This document shows positions 30,259 to 38,536 of a stretch of DNA of 64,000 nucleotides, in pieces (position 1 is the first letter of the stretch; each line of letters starts with the position of its first letter). This stretch comes from Opitutales bacterium (GTDB lineage: Bacteria; Verrucomicrobiota; Verrucomicrobiia; Opitutales; UBA2995): contig JAJDZZ010000005.1 in NCBI GenBank assembly GCA_022824405.1, positions 2,160-66,159 on the forward strand. The letters run 5' to 3'. Position numbers and translations under genes: made by a program. Under the pieces are notes generated by a model, which worked only from the letters and a program-made list of their open reading frames with translations, was not told the origin of the DNA and did not search any database.

Positions 30259-30336
30259 TGTAGGAGCAGCTTTACGCTGCGATTGCTTCCGGACGGTTTC
30301 CCTGGACTGCTGCAGGAGAGGCTTTATGCCGCGATT
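30259..30336. repeat. Two direct copies of a REP-like 26-nt element
   Basis: tgtaggagcagctttacgctgcgatt (30259-30284) and tgcaggagaggctttatgccgcgatt (30311-30336) agree at 21 of 26 positions. The first copy contains the hairpin gcagc-tttac-gctgc. Confidence 0.7.
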
Positions 30337-30388
30337 CCTACGGGAAATTACCCGATTGCTTTGACCTGGACGGAAAAATCATCCATGA

Positions 30389-31717
30389 TTGGCAAGAACG
30401 ATGTTTGAGGTTAGGGATAGGCCGAAGATGGTCCAACGGGCCCTTTTGGTCGGTGTCCGCCAACCCTCCCAAAACGGGTCCGACCTGTCCGACATGCTCC
30501 TGGAACTCGCCGCCCTGGTCGAGACCTTGGACATCAAGGTGATGGAATCCATGGCCGTAACCATCCGTAAGCCGCATCCACGCTTTTTCATCGGTCGGGG
30601 AAAAGCCCACTCCATCATCAACCACGCCAGGGCGGAAAACTACGACTGCATCGTTTTCGACGATGCCCTGACCCCGGCCCAACAGCGAAACTGGGAAAGG
30701 GAATCCCGAATCTGTGTCATCGACCGCCAGGAGGTCATTCTCGACATTTTTGCCCGCCGCGCCCAAACCCGCGAAGCAGTCGTGCAAGTGGGACTGGCCC
30801 GCATGGTCTACAGCCTGCCCCGCCTGACCCGGGCCTGGACACATTTGAGCCGGCAAAGAGGCGGAGGAAGCAAAATGCGCGGTCAGGGAGAAACCCAATT
30901 GGAGGCCGACCAACGCATCGTGCGGGATCGCATCGCCTCCCTCAAAAAGCGCCTCCGGGTTATCCGCAACCAACGCAAGACCCAGCGGAAACGACGGATG
31001 AAGAAACCGTTACCCTCCGCCACCATCGTCGGTTATACCAACGCTGGGAAATCTTCTCTCCTCAACAGCCTCACCGGAGCCAGCATTCTGGCCGAGAATA
31101 AGCTATTCGCCACCCTCGATCCGACCACCCGCCAATTTCTCCTGCCTTCGGGACAGAAACTACTCCTCACCGACACGGTCGGTTTCGTGCGCAAACTCCC
31201 CCATAACCTGATCGAAGCTTTCAAGGCCACCTTGGAAGAGGCCGTAGTAGCTGACTTCCTCATTCACGTCCTCGATGTTTCCAACCCGGAGGTGGAGAGA
31301 CACATTCAGACAACCATGAGGGTCCTCAAGGAATTGGGAGCCGATGAAAAACCCATCCTCACCGTCTTCAACAAGGTGGATATCTGCCGGGATGCCTTTG
31401 CCTTGCAACGACTACAGCTCCAATACCCCGAGGCCGAGTTTATCAGCCTTCGGGAAAACCGGGGAATGGAAAAGCTGATACAACACATGGACGACCTGCT
31501 CGAAACCGATACGGTCTACGCTGAATACATGATTCCATTCGATCGCTACGATCTGGTCGCTCAACTCCACCAGGCCGGTTGCGTAAAAAGAGAAAAAACC
31601 AGAAAGGAAGGGGTTTTCATCGCCGGGCACATTCCTCCCGACCTGCGCGACCACGTGCAAGGTTTCCGCCTCAACGGCTCGGAAAAACCCACCTCATCGG
31701 TCCTGAAAAAGTCATAA
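30389..31717 (+). CDS. hflX: GTPase HflX
   Basis: HflX N-terminal domain, G1 motif VGYTNAGKSSLLN and G3 motif DTVGF, 442 aa. Confidence 0.95.
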   Translation: MARTMFEVRDRPKMVQRALLVGVRQPSQNGSDLSDMLLELAALVETLDIKVMESMAVTIRKPHPRFFIGRGKAHSIINHARAENYDCIVFDDALTPAQQRNWERESRICVIDRQEVILDIFARRAQTREAVVQVGLARMVYSLPRLTRAWTHLSRQRGGGSKMRGQGETQLEADQRIVRDRIASLKKRLRVIRNQRKTQRKRRMKKPLPSATIVGYTNAGKSSLLNSLTGASILAENKLFATLDPTTRQFLLPSGQKLLLTDTVGFVRKLPHNLIEAFKATLEEAVVADFLIHVLDVSNPEVERHIQTTMRVLKELGADEKPILTVFNKVDICRDAFALQRLQLQYPEAEFISLRENRGMEKLIQHMDDLLETDTVYAEYMIPFDRYDLVAQLHQAGCVKREKTRKEGVFIAGHIPPDLRDHVQGFRLNGSEKPTSSVLKKS

Positions 31718-31769
31718 TCCCAGTCGGGGTCAGCTCCTTGATTTTTCACATGTCCCCATGGCGCATGTT

Positions 31770-31862
31770 TTCTTAATTGGCGCCCCTCGGCGCCTCCCCC
31801 TCCCCCTTTGTGCCTCTGTGCCTTTGTGCCATCTCGCCTTGGCGAGATCCCATTCCTAAAAC
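31770..31862. repeat. Mosaic repeat cluster (D/E, B, C, D)
   Basis: Modules read directly: ttcttaattggcgcccctcggcgcc; ctttgtgcctctgtgcctttgtgcc; atctcgccttggcgagatcc; cattcctaaaac. The last module contains the sulfatase stop codon at 31856. Confidence 0.9.
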
Positions 31863-33367
31863 ACGGGCTTCCAGTCGGGAATGCCGGCTTCCTTCAGTTG
31901 CTTTTCATACCGCACCGCTTGGGGTTGTACCGGGGAATAAGGAACATCTTCATTGACCAATAGCGGCAGGGTATCTTCCCACCAGCGGTCGAAGGCCTCG
32001 CGCAATTCGGCCACTACCTCGGGGTGTTCTTCGGCTACGTCCGTAGTTTCGTAAGGATCCGCGGAAATATCGTATAGTTCCTCATTGTTCACGAATCGCC
32101 AGCGCTGGGTCCTCACCGCGCAAGATTTGAATTTACTGAGATTCGGATCTTCGCCTTTACTCCACCGCCCCTGGTGCACAAACAGGTATCGATCCTCCCA
32201 AGGCGCTTGGGCATCCTTGAGCAACGGAACCAGGGACCTTCCGTCAATAGGTTGAATGTTACCGGGAAGAGGGATCCTCGCCAGTTCCAAAAAGGTTTTA
32301 AAAATATCGATGTGGGCCGAAAGGGCCGCAATGTCCCTTCCTTCTCCCAACACTCCCTTCCAGCGCCAAAAGGCCGGAACATGGGTGCCACCCTCATAAG
32401 GCGAGCCTTTTCCCGTCTTGAAACCCGCGGTGAAAAACCTGGTGGGTTTCCCATTCAATTTCCCGCTCCTGCCGGCCTGCCCATTGTCGGTCATAAAAAT
32501 AACCAGCGTATTTTCCCAGGCCTTCCACTCATCGAGTTTATCCATGAGCAGGCCAAAGTTGTCATCGATGTTTTCAATCATTCCATATCGTCCGGCCGTA
32601 TTATCGTCATAGCCGAGTTCAGCGAAACGAGCCTTATACTTCTCCGGAGCGATCATGGGACCATGAGGAGCATTGGGAGTAATAAAGGCAAAAAACGGAG
32701 TGTTCGATTGATGCTGCTTCCTGATCCAACCCAGTGCGGCTTGAAAAAAGACGTCGGTACAAAACCCCTTGGTCTGCACAATGGTATCGTTGTGCAAAAT
32801 CACATTATCGAAGTAGCGTCCTTCGCGAACCCGGTTAGGCGGAAAATCGGCACAACTTCCTTCATAGGATTGACCGATGCCACCCGCCCCATGGATGAAC
32901 GTTTCGGTAAAACCACGGTTATAGGGTTGGTACGCGTCCTCATCGCCCAAGTGCCACTTCCCGAAGATCCCCGTTTCGTAACCGGACCGACGTAAGAGCT
33001 CCACAAAGGTGGTAGTCGAAAGCGCCATGCGTTCCCGTTCCCGTATGGTATGGGTAACCCCATTCCGGAACTCGTGGCGGCCGCTCATCAACGCCGCCCG
33101 GGTCGGCGCGCAGGTTGGGCTAACGTGAAACTCGGTAAAGCGCGTCGATAACTCGTAAAATCGGTCCAGATGGGGCGTCCGCAAAATCGGATTTCCCATG
33201 CAGGAAAGGTCCCCCATGCCCTGATCATCCGTCATGACCAGTACAATGTTCGGGCGGCTGCCAGCCAACGAATCGGATGCGGTGGCCATCCCACCCCATC
33301 CAGCGAGAAGCATTGAGAATATACCAACGCCAATTAACCATGTTGTCAGGTTTTTCATAAACTGCAT
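31856..33367 (-). CDS. Sulfatase (formylglycine-dependent), secreted
   Basis: Signal peptide, NIVLVMTDDQGMGD, and the C-x-P-x-R motif TCAPTRAALMSGR. Confidence 0.9.
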   Translation of the reverse strand: MQFMKNLTTWLIGVGIFSMLLAGWGGMATASDSLAGSRPNIVLVMTDDQGMGDLSCMGNPILRTPHLDRFYELSTRFTEFHVSPTCAPTRAALMSGRHEFRNGVTHTIRERERMALSTTTFVELLRRSGYETGIFGKWHLGDEDAYQPYNRGFTETFIHGAGGIGQSYEGSCADFPPNRVREGRYFDNVILHNDTIVQTKGFCTDVFFQAALGWIRKQHQSNTPFFAFITPNAPHGPMIAPEKYKARFAELGYDDNTAGRYGMIENIDDNFGLLMDKLDEWKAWENTLVIFMTDNGQAGRSGKLNGKPTRFFTAGFKTGKGSPYEGGTHVPAFWRWKGVLGEGRDIAALSAHIDIFKTFLELARIPLPGNIQPIDGRSLVPLLKDAQAPWEDRYLFVHQGRWSKGEDPNLSKFKSCAVRTQRWRFVNNEELYDISADPYETTDVAEEHPEVVAELREAFDRWWEDTLPLLVNEDVPYSPVQPQAVRYEKQLKEAGIPDWKPVF

Positions 33368-33511
33368 TCCATTCCAAAATTCGCTGGTTTTCCATTAAAA
33401 CATCTGGTGGGCCCTGAAAAAGTCACTATTTCAGCCTGAACGGAACCTGAATTCTCCCCGGATAACACATTTTTCCTTTTTGGGGTGGACAAATAGGAAA
33501 CTCGTCTGTTA

Positions 33512-33528
33512 TTGAGAGCCATTCTCAA
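33512..33528 (+). promoter_or_regulatory. 6-5-6 inverted repeat just upstream of feoA (candidate metalloregulator operator)
   Basis: ttgaga-gccat-tctcaa ends 8 nt before the GTG start of feoA. It does not match the E. coli Fur box consensus. Confidence 0.25.
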
Positions 33529-33536
33529 ATAGAAAC

Positions 33537-33764
33537 GTGCCAAATCTATTGACCATAAAAAAGGGCCAGTCCGTCCGTGTGACGGACATACGCGCGGAAA
33601 ATCCTATCGACCAGCGCATCCTTTCCCTCGGCATCGCGGTCGACGCGGTTTTGAAGATTTGTAAGGTAGCGCCCTTGGGCGATCCGATTGCGGTGGAGGT
33701 GGATGGCGCCCAGATCGTGCTGCGAAAATCGGAAGCGAAGGGAATCAAGGTCGAGCCGCTCTAA
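33537..33764 (+). CDS. feoA: Ferrous iron transport protein A
   Basis: 75 aa FeoA/SH3-like protein (KKGQSVRVTDI...LGIAVDAVLKICKVAPLGDPIAVEVDGAQIVLRKSEA), immediately upstream of feoB. Confidence 0.85.
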   Translation: MPNLLTIKKGQSVRVTDIRAENPIDQRILSLGIAVDAVLKICKVAPLGDPIAVEVDGAQIVLRKSEAKGIKVEPL

Positions 33765-33773
33765 TTGTCCGAT

Positions 33774-36002
33774 ATGCAATCGTCTCCGGCACTCATAGCC
33801 CAAGGCAACCTCCACGTCGCCCTGATTGGTAATCCCAATACGGGGAAAACCACCATATTCAATAACCTGACCGGGATGCGGCAACGCACCGGCAACTATC
33901 CAGGAGTCACCGTTTCCAGCAAGATCGGCCAGCTCAGGTTGAAGCACGCAACCGCCGAACTGATCGACCTTCCCGGAACTTACAGCCTGTCCGCCCACTC
34001 TCCCGACGAGCGCGTAGTCATCGACGTGCTCAATGGACGGTTCCAGGGAATGGGAAAACCCGACGTCGTCCTCTTCATTGCCGACGCCACCAACCTGCGG
34101 AGGAATCTTTTTCTGGCTTCACAGGTTGCCACCTTGAAAATTCCCATGGTGCTCATCCTCAATCAATGGGACGCGGTGGAACCTTCGGGACAGAGGATCG
34201 ATTTGAACCTGCTTAAGGGACGATTGAACATACCGGTCATTCCCACCGTGGGGACCAAAAATCAAGGCACCGAGGAAATAATAGAAGCCATCGAGAGCCA
34301 GATGGAGCAACCTCGTTTTCTGCCCGAAATCCAATGGCCCGCATCCATGGACAAAGCCATGGAGCGCCTCAGGTCTTCCCTTCCCTGCATCGACGAGGAG
34401 AGGTTGAGCGAGAGTGAAACTCACCGGCTGCTCTTCGATACTCATTCTGCCGAAATTCAGCGCTTGAAGGTTTCACCGGAGGAAGCGCAAAGAGAAGTTG
34501 TCCAAGCCCGGGAATTCTTGCGACAGGACGGAATGAATCCCCTGGTGGCGGAGGCCATGCTTCACTACCGCCATATCGATGGGCTCATCGGCGGGATCAT
34601 TCTGAAAGACGCGGATTTGGCCCAGGGAAAAACCGAATCCATCGACCGCTTGCTTCTGCACCGGGGATGGGGGTTGGCCGCCTTCGTGGCCATGATGTAC
34701 GTGGTCTTCCAAGCCGTCTACAGTTGGGCCGGGCCCATGATGGACGCCATCGAGGCCGGAAAAGTCTGGGTTCAGGATCTGATAGGGCCGGGGTTGGATG
34801 CCACGCCCATGCTGCAGAGTCTGTTCTTGGACGGAGTCATTGAAGGAGTGGGAGCCTTTCTGGTGTTTCTTCCCCAAATCCTTATCCTCTTTGCCTTTAT
34901 CTCCCTGCTCGAGGATAGCGGTTACATGGCCCGCGCCGCTTTTATCATGGACAAGTTGTTCAGTTGGTGCGGCCTGAACGGCAAAAGCTTCGTCCCGCTG
35001 CTTTCCAGCTATGCCTGCGCCATCCCGGGTATCATGGCAACCCGCACCATCGAGGACCCGAAATCGCGCTTGGCCACCATATTCGTAGCTCCCTTCATGA
35101 GCTGCTCGGCCCGGCTGCCCGTTTACGTCCTTTGCATCGGGGCCTTCATCGAACCTGTCTACGGTCCCTGGTGGGCCGGATTCACCCTTTTCCTCATGCA
35201 CTTCGTCGGTTTGGCCGTGGCTGTGCCCACAGCCTGGGTGGTAACGCGATTTGTGCTCAAGACAAAATCCCAACCCTTCGTCATGGAACTGCCCAAGTAT
35301 CGCGCCCCGCGCTTGCGCGACGTGAGTTACCGCATGTGGCAAGCGGGCTGGGATTTCGTTCAGAAGGCGGGAACCATCATTTTCTTCATTACCATCGTTA
35401 TCTGGGCTTTACTGTATTTTCCCAACCCCGAGGGACTGGAAGAGGAAGTGCGGCAACGGTTTATCGCCGAAAAAGTCGAGGCCGGCCACGGCCCCCCCGC
35501 CCAAATCGAATCCCTCCTGGCCAATCCCGATTCGGAATTCGCGCACGAATTCAACCTCGCCCTGGGCGGGGCCCAAATCAACCAAAGTTACATGGGCCGA
35601 TTCGGCCAGGTCGTGCAACCCATCTTTGAACCGGCCGGGTTCGATTGGCGCATATCCATCGGTGTGCTGGCCAGCTACCCGGCCAGGGAAGTCATCATTT
35701 CCACCCTGGGAATCATCTACAGTCTGGGGGGCGACGTGGATGAGGAGGACGGCAATCTGCGCGCCGCCTTGAAGAACAGCAAATGGCAGGAGGGCCACCG
35801 GGCCGGCGCCCCCATCTACACCATTCCCGTGGTAATCGGGCTCATGGTATTCTTCGCCCTGTGCTCCCAATGTGGCGCTACCACCTCCATCATCATCAAG
35901 GAGACGAGCGTAAAATGGGCCGTCTGGTCCTTCCTCTACATGACCGCTTTAGCTTGGCTCGGCGCCGTATTATGTTATCAAGTTGGCACCCATTGGTTTT
36001 AA
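33774..36002 (+). CDS. feoB: Ferrous iron transport protein B
   Basis: G-domain motif GNPNTGKTTIFNNLTG, DLPGTYSL, and a polytopic C-terminal permease domain. The track ORF starts at TTG 33765; the first ATG is at 33774. Confidence 0.95.
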   Translation: MQSSPALIAQGNLHVALIGNPNTGKTTIFNNLTGMRQRTGNYPGVTVSSKIGQLRLKHATAELIDLPGTYSLSAHSPDERVVIDVLNGRFQGMGKPDVVLFIADATNLRRNLFLASQVATLKIPMVLILNQWDAVEPSGQRIDLNLLKGRLNIPVIPTVGTKNQGTEEIIEAIESQMEQPRFLPEIQWPASMDKAMERLRSSLPCIDEERLSESETHRLLFDTHSAEIQRLKVSPEEAQREVVQAREFLRQDGMNPLVAEAMLHYRHIDGLIGGIILKDADLAQGKTESIDRLLLHRGWGLAAFVAMMYVVFQAVYSWAGPMMDAIEAGKVWVQDLIGPGLDATPMLQSLFLDGVIEGVGAFLVFLPQILILFAFISLLEDSGYMARAAFIMDKLFSWCGLNGKSFVPLLSSYACAIPGIMATRTIEDPKSRLATIFVAPFMSCSARLPVYVLCIGAFIEPVYGPWWAGFTLFLMHFVGLAVAVPTAWVVTRFVLKTKSQPFVMELPKYRAPRLRDVSYRMWQAGWDFVQKAGTIIFFITIVIWALLYFPNPEGLEEEVRQRFIAEKVEAGHGPPAQIESLLANPDSEFAHEFNLALGGAQINQSYMGRFGQVVQPIFEPAGFDWRISIGVLASYPAREVIISTLGIIYSLGGDVDEEDGNLRAALKNSKWQEGHRAGAPIYTIPVVIGLMVFFALCSQCGATTSIIIKETSVKWAVWSFLYMTALAWLGAVLCYQVGTHWF

Positions 36003-36003
36003 C

Positions 36004-36177
36004 ATGACCGCTCTGGATTCCATCATAGTCATCCTCATCGTCCTCGGCGCATTGGCCTACTTGGGGAGACACTATTTCAAGAAATGGAAGTCCCCCAAAG
36101 CCTGCGGGACGGACAGTTGTGGCTGCGCCAAAACCGATTCAAAACTCCTTGCCAAAGAAAAATCCCCCAGGCCATAA
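36004..36177 (+). CDS. FeoB-associated Cys-rich small membrane protein
   Basis: The ATG lies 1 nt after the feoB stop. It has one TM helix (IIVILIVLGALAYLG) followed by a Cys cluster (CGTDSCGCAK), the usual layout of the small ORF that follows feoB. Confidence 0.6.
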   Translation: MTALDSIIVILIVLGALAYLGRHYFKKWKSPKACGTDSCGCAKTDSKLLAKEKSPRP

Positions 36178-36238
36178 CAAATTACCCGGCAGGATCGCCT
36201 CCCCCCATTACCTCTCGCCAAGATCGCCGCTGGTTCTA

Positions 36239-36499
36239 TTATTGTTTATAAACATTTTTTCGGTGACCTACTTTCACAACCAGAACGATCAGCCTCTCAT
36301 CATTAATTTCGTAGAGTAGGCGATAGTTTCCAATTCTGATGCGATAAAGTTCTTCGTTCGTTAACTTTTTGCTGGAAGCTGGACGAGGATTGTCGGCCAG
36401 GCTCTGAATCGCTTTCAGGATTTTAGAAACCTCTTTCCTGGCAATTCTCCTGAGATCTTTTCTAATCGATCTGACCAACTCGATGCTATATCGTCCCAT
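36239..36499 (-). CDS. relE: RelE/ParE-family type II toxin
   Basis: 86 aa. The pattern ...LADNPRPASSKKLTNEELYRIRIGNYRLLYEINDERLIVLVVKVGHRKNVY is the RelE/ParE core. It overlaps the upstream antitoxin ORF by 14 nt. Confidence 0.85.
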   Translation of the reverse strand: MGRYSIELVRSIRKDLRRIARKEVSKILKAIQSLADNPRPASSKKLTNEELYRIRIGNYRLLYEINDERLIVLVVKVGHRKNVYKQ

Positions 36500-36707
36500 C
36501 TTCCTTTAGTTGAGACAACAATTCGTCATAGCTGATGGTCTTTTCTTTCCTTCTTTTTTTCCAGTCCTCAATGTCTTCAAGGTCTTCGAGGAGCACTGCC
36601 TTAAGCGCATCATTTGCCAACTCTGACATGGATTGCCTGGTTTCAGCGGACTTGAGCCGCAATGCTTTATGGACCGAATCGTCCAGGTATAGGGTTGCCT
36701 TACTCAT
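36486..36707 (-). CDS. Antitoxin (RHH-like) of the RelE/ParE pair
   Basis: 73 aa. N-terminus ATLYLDDSVHKALRLKSAETRQSMSELANDAL fits an RHH fold and the C-terminal half is acidic. A palindrome lies upstream at 36724-36737. Confidence 0.7.
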   Translation of the reverse strand: MSKATLYLDDSVHKALRLKSAETRQSMSELANDALKAVLLEDLEDIEDWKKRRKEKTISYDELLSQLKEDGTI

Positions 36708-36723
36708 AAAAAATACGGTGACT

Positions 36724-36737
36724 CTTTGACATCAAAG
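36724..36737 (-). promoter_or_regulatory. 6-2-6 palindrome (ctttga-ca-tcaaag) upstream of the antitoxin gene; candidate operator
   Basis: Read directly from the sequence. A ttgacg hexamer on the minus strand abuts it (36738-36743). Confidence 0.35.
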
Positions 36738-36796
36738 CGTCAAGCGGCTCTAGGAAATACCTTTCCTGATCGAATGATTGACCCCTGAATCGGAGG

Positions 36797-37063
36797 GTGA
36801 ATCAACCGGCCCTTTTGAGTCTTTTGGGCCATCTCGCCTTGGCGAGTTCCCATTCCTCATTGGCACCCCTAGGCGCACCTTCCTCCTATGTGCCAGACCT
36901 GCTTGGCTGCGTGGCTACGGCCAACACCCGCGAGGAACTGCTGGAGGAGATCCGGGAAGCCATCGAGTTTCATATTGAAGGTATGCTCCAAGACGGCGAA
37001 TCTATCCCCGATCCTCAGGCTACCTCCGAGGTTGTGGAAGTTTCCGCAGTAGCTGGGACCTGA
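36797..37063 (+). pseudogene. hicB: hicB-like antitoxin remnant whose 5' part is replaced by mosaic repeat modules
   Basis: From about 36884 the ORF reads YVPDLLGCVATANTREELLEEIREAIEFHIEGMLQDGESIPDP, which is the HicB N-domain core. The residues before that (LGHLALASSHSSLAPLGAPSS) are encoded by modules C-D-E at 36831-36878. There is no hicA partner and no C-terminal DNA-binding domain. Confidence 0.55.
36812..36878. repeat. Mosaic repeat cluster (B-like, C, D, E)
   Basis: Modules read directly: cttttgagtcttttgggcc; atctcgccttggcgagttcc; cattcctcatt; ttggcacccctaggcgc. Confidence 0.8.
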
Positions 37064-37065
37064 AC

Positions 37066-37153
37066 CACTCCATTTCTTATCCGTGGTCCATTCCCATTCC
37101 CAATTCTTCATTCCTCATTCCTAATTGGCGCCGTCAGGCGCCTCTGTGGTTTC
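37066..37153. repeat. Mosaic repeat cluster (I/F fragments, D, E)
   Basis: Modules read directly: ccactccatttcttatccgtggtcc; cattcccattcccaattcttcattcctcattcctaatt; ttggcgccgtcaggcgcc. Confidence 0.85.
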
Positions 37154-37165
37154 TTTCAAAGGCGA

Positions 37166-38536
37166 CTACCTGAGTCCGTAGTAGACCAGGAACAGGACCG
37201 CGACCAGGTAACTGAACAAGGGGACTTCCCGAAATCTTCCCTGCAGCAGCATGATGGCAACAAAGGCGACCAGTCCGATTCCGATCCCCTCGGTAATGCT
37301 GAAGGTCAGGGGAATCATGAGCATGGTTAGAAAGGCGGGTGTGACTTCCGACAGGTCAGTGAAATTCAGTTCCTTCAGTCCCTGGGCCATGAATACCCCC
37401 ACCATGACCAGGGCGGGAGCAGTGGCCACATTGGGAATGGCGGTAAGGATGGGGGTAAAGACAAGGGCGAGGAGAAAGCATACCCCGGTTATTACGGAGG
37501 TTAATCCCGTTTTACCGCCCGATTCGATCCCGGCCGAAGACTCGATATAGGACGTGGTAGTCGAAGTTCCCAGAAGGGCGCCCCCTATGGTGGCGATGGA
37601 ATCCGCCGTGAGGGCCTGGCCCATTTTGGGCATTCTCCCCTTTTTATCCATGAGCCTGGCCCGGCGGGCCAAACCCACCAGGGTTCCTATACTATCGAAC
37701 ATGTCCAACACCAACAGGGTCAGAATTACCGGCAGGGCGGAGCCCAGGTTTTTAAATGGATAAAGCACGTCCAGGGCCAGAAATGTTTCTCCTATTCCGG
37801 TCGGCGCCGAGACGATTCCGGAGGGCATGGCAGTTATTTTCTCCCCTCCGGATGGTATGAAAAGTCCCAGGGTCGCGATGAATAGAATGGACAGGAGGAT
37901 GGCGCCCGGGACCTTGCGGATGGAGAGTATTGTCATGGCAACCACCCCCAATATGACCAGAACGGCGGCGGGACTCCTGAGGGATCCCATGGTCACGAGA
38001 GTCGCGTCGTTACCGACAACTATTCCCACATTCTTCAGTCCGATGAAGGCAATGAAGAATCCAATCCCGACTTGAATGCCGACTTTCAGCCCATTGGGCA
38101 AGGATTCGGCAATCCTCCGGCGAAGTCCGGTAACGGAAAGGAGAAAAAAAACAACCCCGTTCCAGAAGGTCAGGCTCAAGGCGGCCTGCCAGGGCAGGCC
38201 CATCCCGAGACAGATTACGAAGGCGAAATAACTGTTGGTTCCCATGCCCGGGGCCAGGGCGATAGGGAAATTGGTCAACCAGGCCATGAGGAAGCAACCC
38301 AGCGCCGCGGCCAGGGCGGTAACGGTGATCAGGGCCTCCCGAGGCATGCCGGCTTCGGCCAGGATGGAGGGATTGACCGCCAGAATGTAGGCCATGGCGG
38401 CAAACGTGGTTATCCCGGCAAGGACTTCTTTTCGTATGGTGCTGCCCCGAGGGCTGACCTCAAAGCGTTGATCTAGCCATTTCACAACGCCATTAGAGCA
38501 AAGAAAATGCCGGGGTGGCCAATAAGGGTCAGGCAA
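37166..38536 (-). CDS. NCS2-family purine permease (AzgA/PurP-like adenine/guanine/hypoxanthine transporter)
   Basis: STIRKEVLAGITTFAAMAYILAVNPSILAEAGMP plus a polytopic body of about 430 aa. The true start may lie a little downstream of 38536. Confidence 0.85.
   Translation of the reverse strand: MPDPYWPPRHFLCSNGVVKWLDQRFEVSPRGSTIRKEVLAGITTFAAMAYILAVNPSILAEAGMPREALITVTALAAALGCFLMAWLTNFPIALAPGMGTNSYFAFVICLGMGLPWQAALSLTFWNGVVFFLLSVTGLRRRIAESLPNGLKVGIQVGIGFFIAFIGLKNVGIVVGNDATLVTMGSLRSPAAVLVILGVVAMTILSIRKVPGAILLSILFIATLGLFIPSGGEKITAMPSGIVSAPTGIGETFLALDVLYPFKNLGSALPVILTLLVLDMFDSIGTLVGLARRARLMDKKGRMPKMGQALTADSIATIGGALLGTSTTTSYIESSAGIESGGKTGLTSVITGVCFLLALVFTPILTAIPNVATAPALVMVGVFMAQGLKELNFTDLSEVTPAFLTMLMIPLTFSITEGIGIGLVAFVAIMLLQGRFREVPLFSYLVAVLFLVYYGLR

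Noticed and set aside
34473-35342. 289-aa minus-strand ORF, and the 221-aa plus-strand ORF at 34964-35629.
   Set aside because: They overlap feoB in the wrong strand or frame. Their Arg/Gly/His-rich composition is typical of off-frame translation.
38529-38536. Possible purine riboswitch or independent promoter for the NCS2 purine permease.
   Set aside because: The permease ORF starts within or immediately after the DUF1501 gene, so there is no spacer that could hold a riboswitch. It is probably co-transcribed, and the real start may be slightly downstream.
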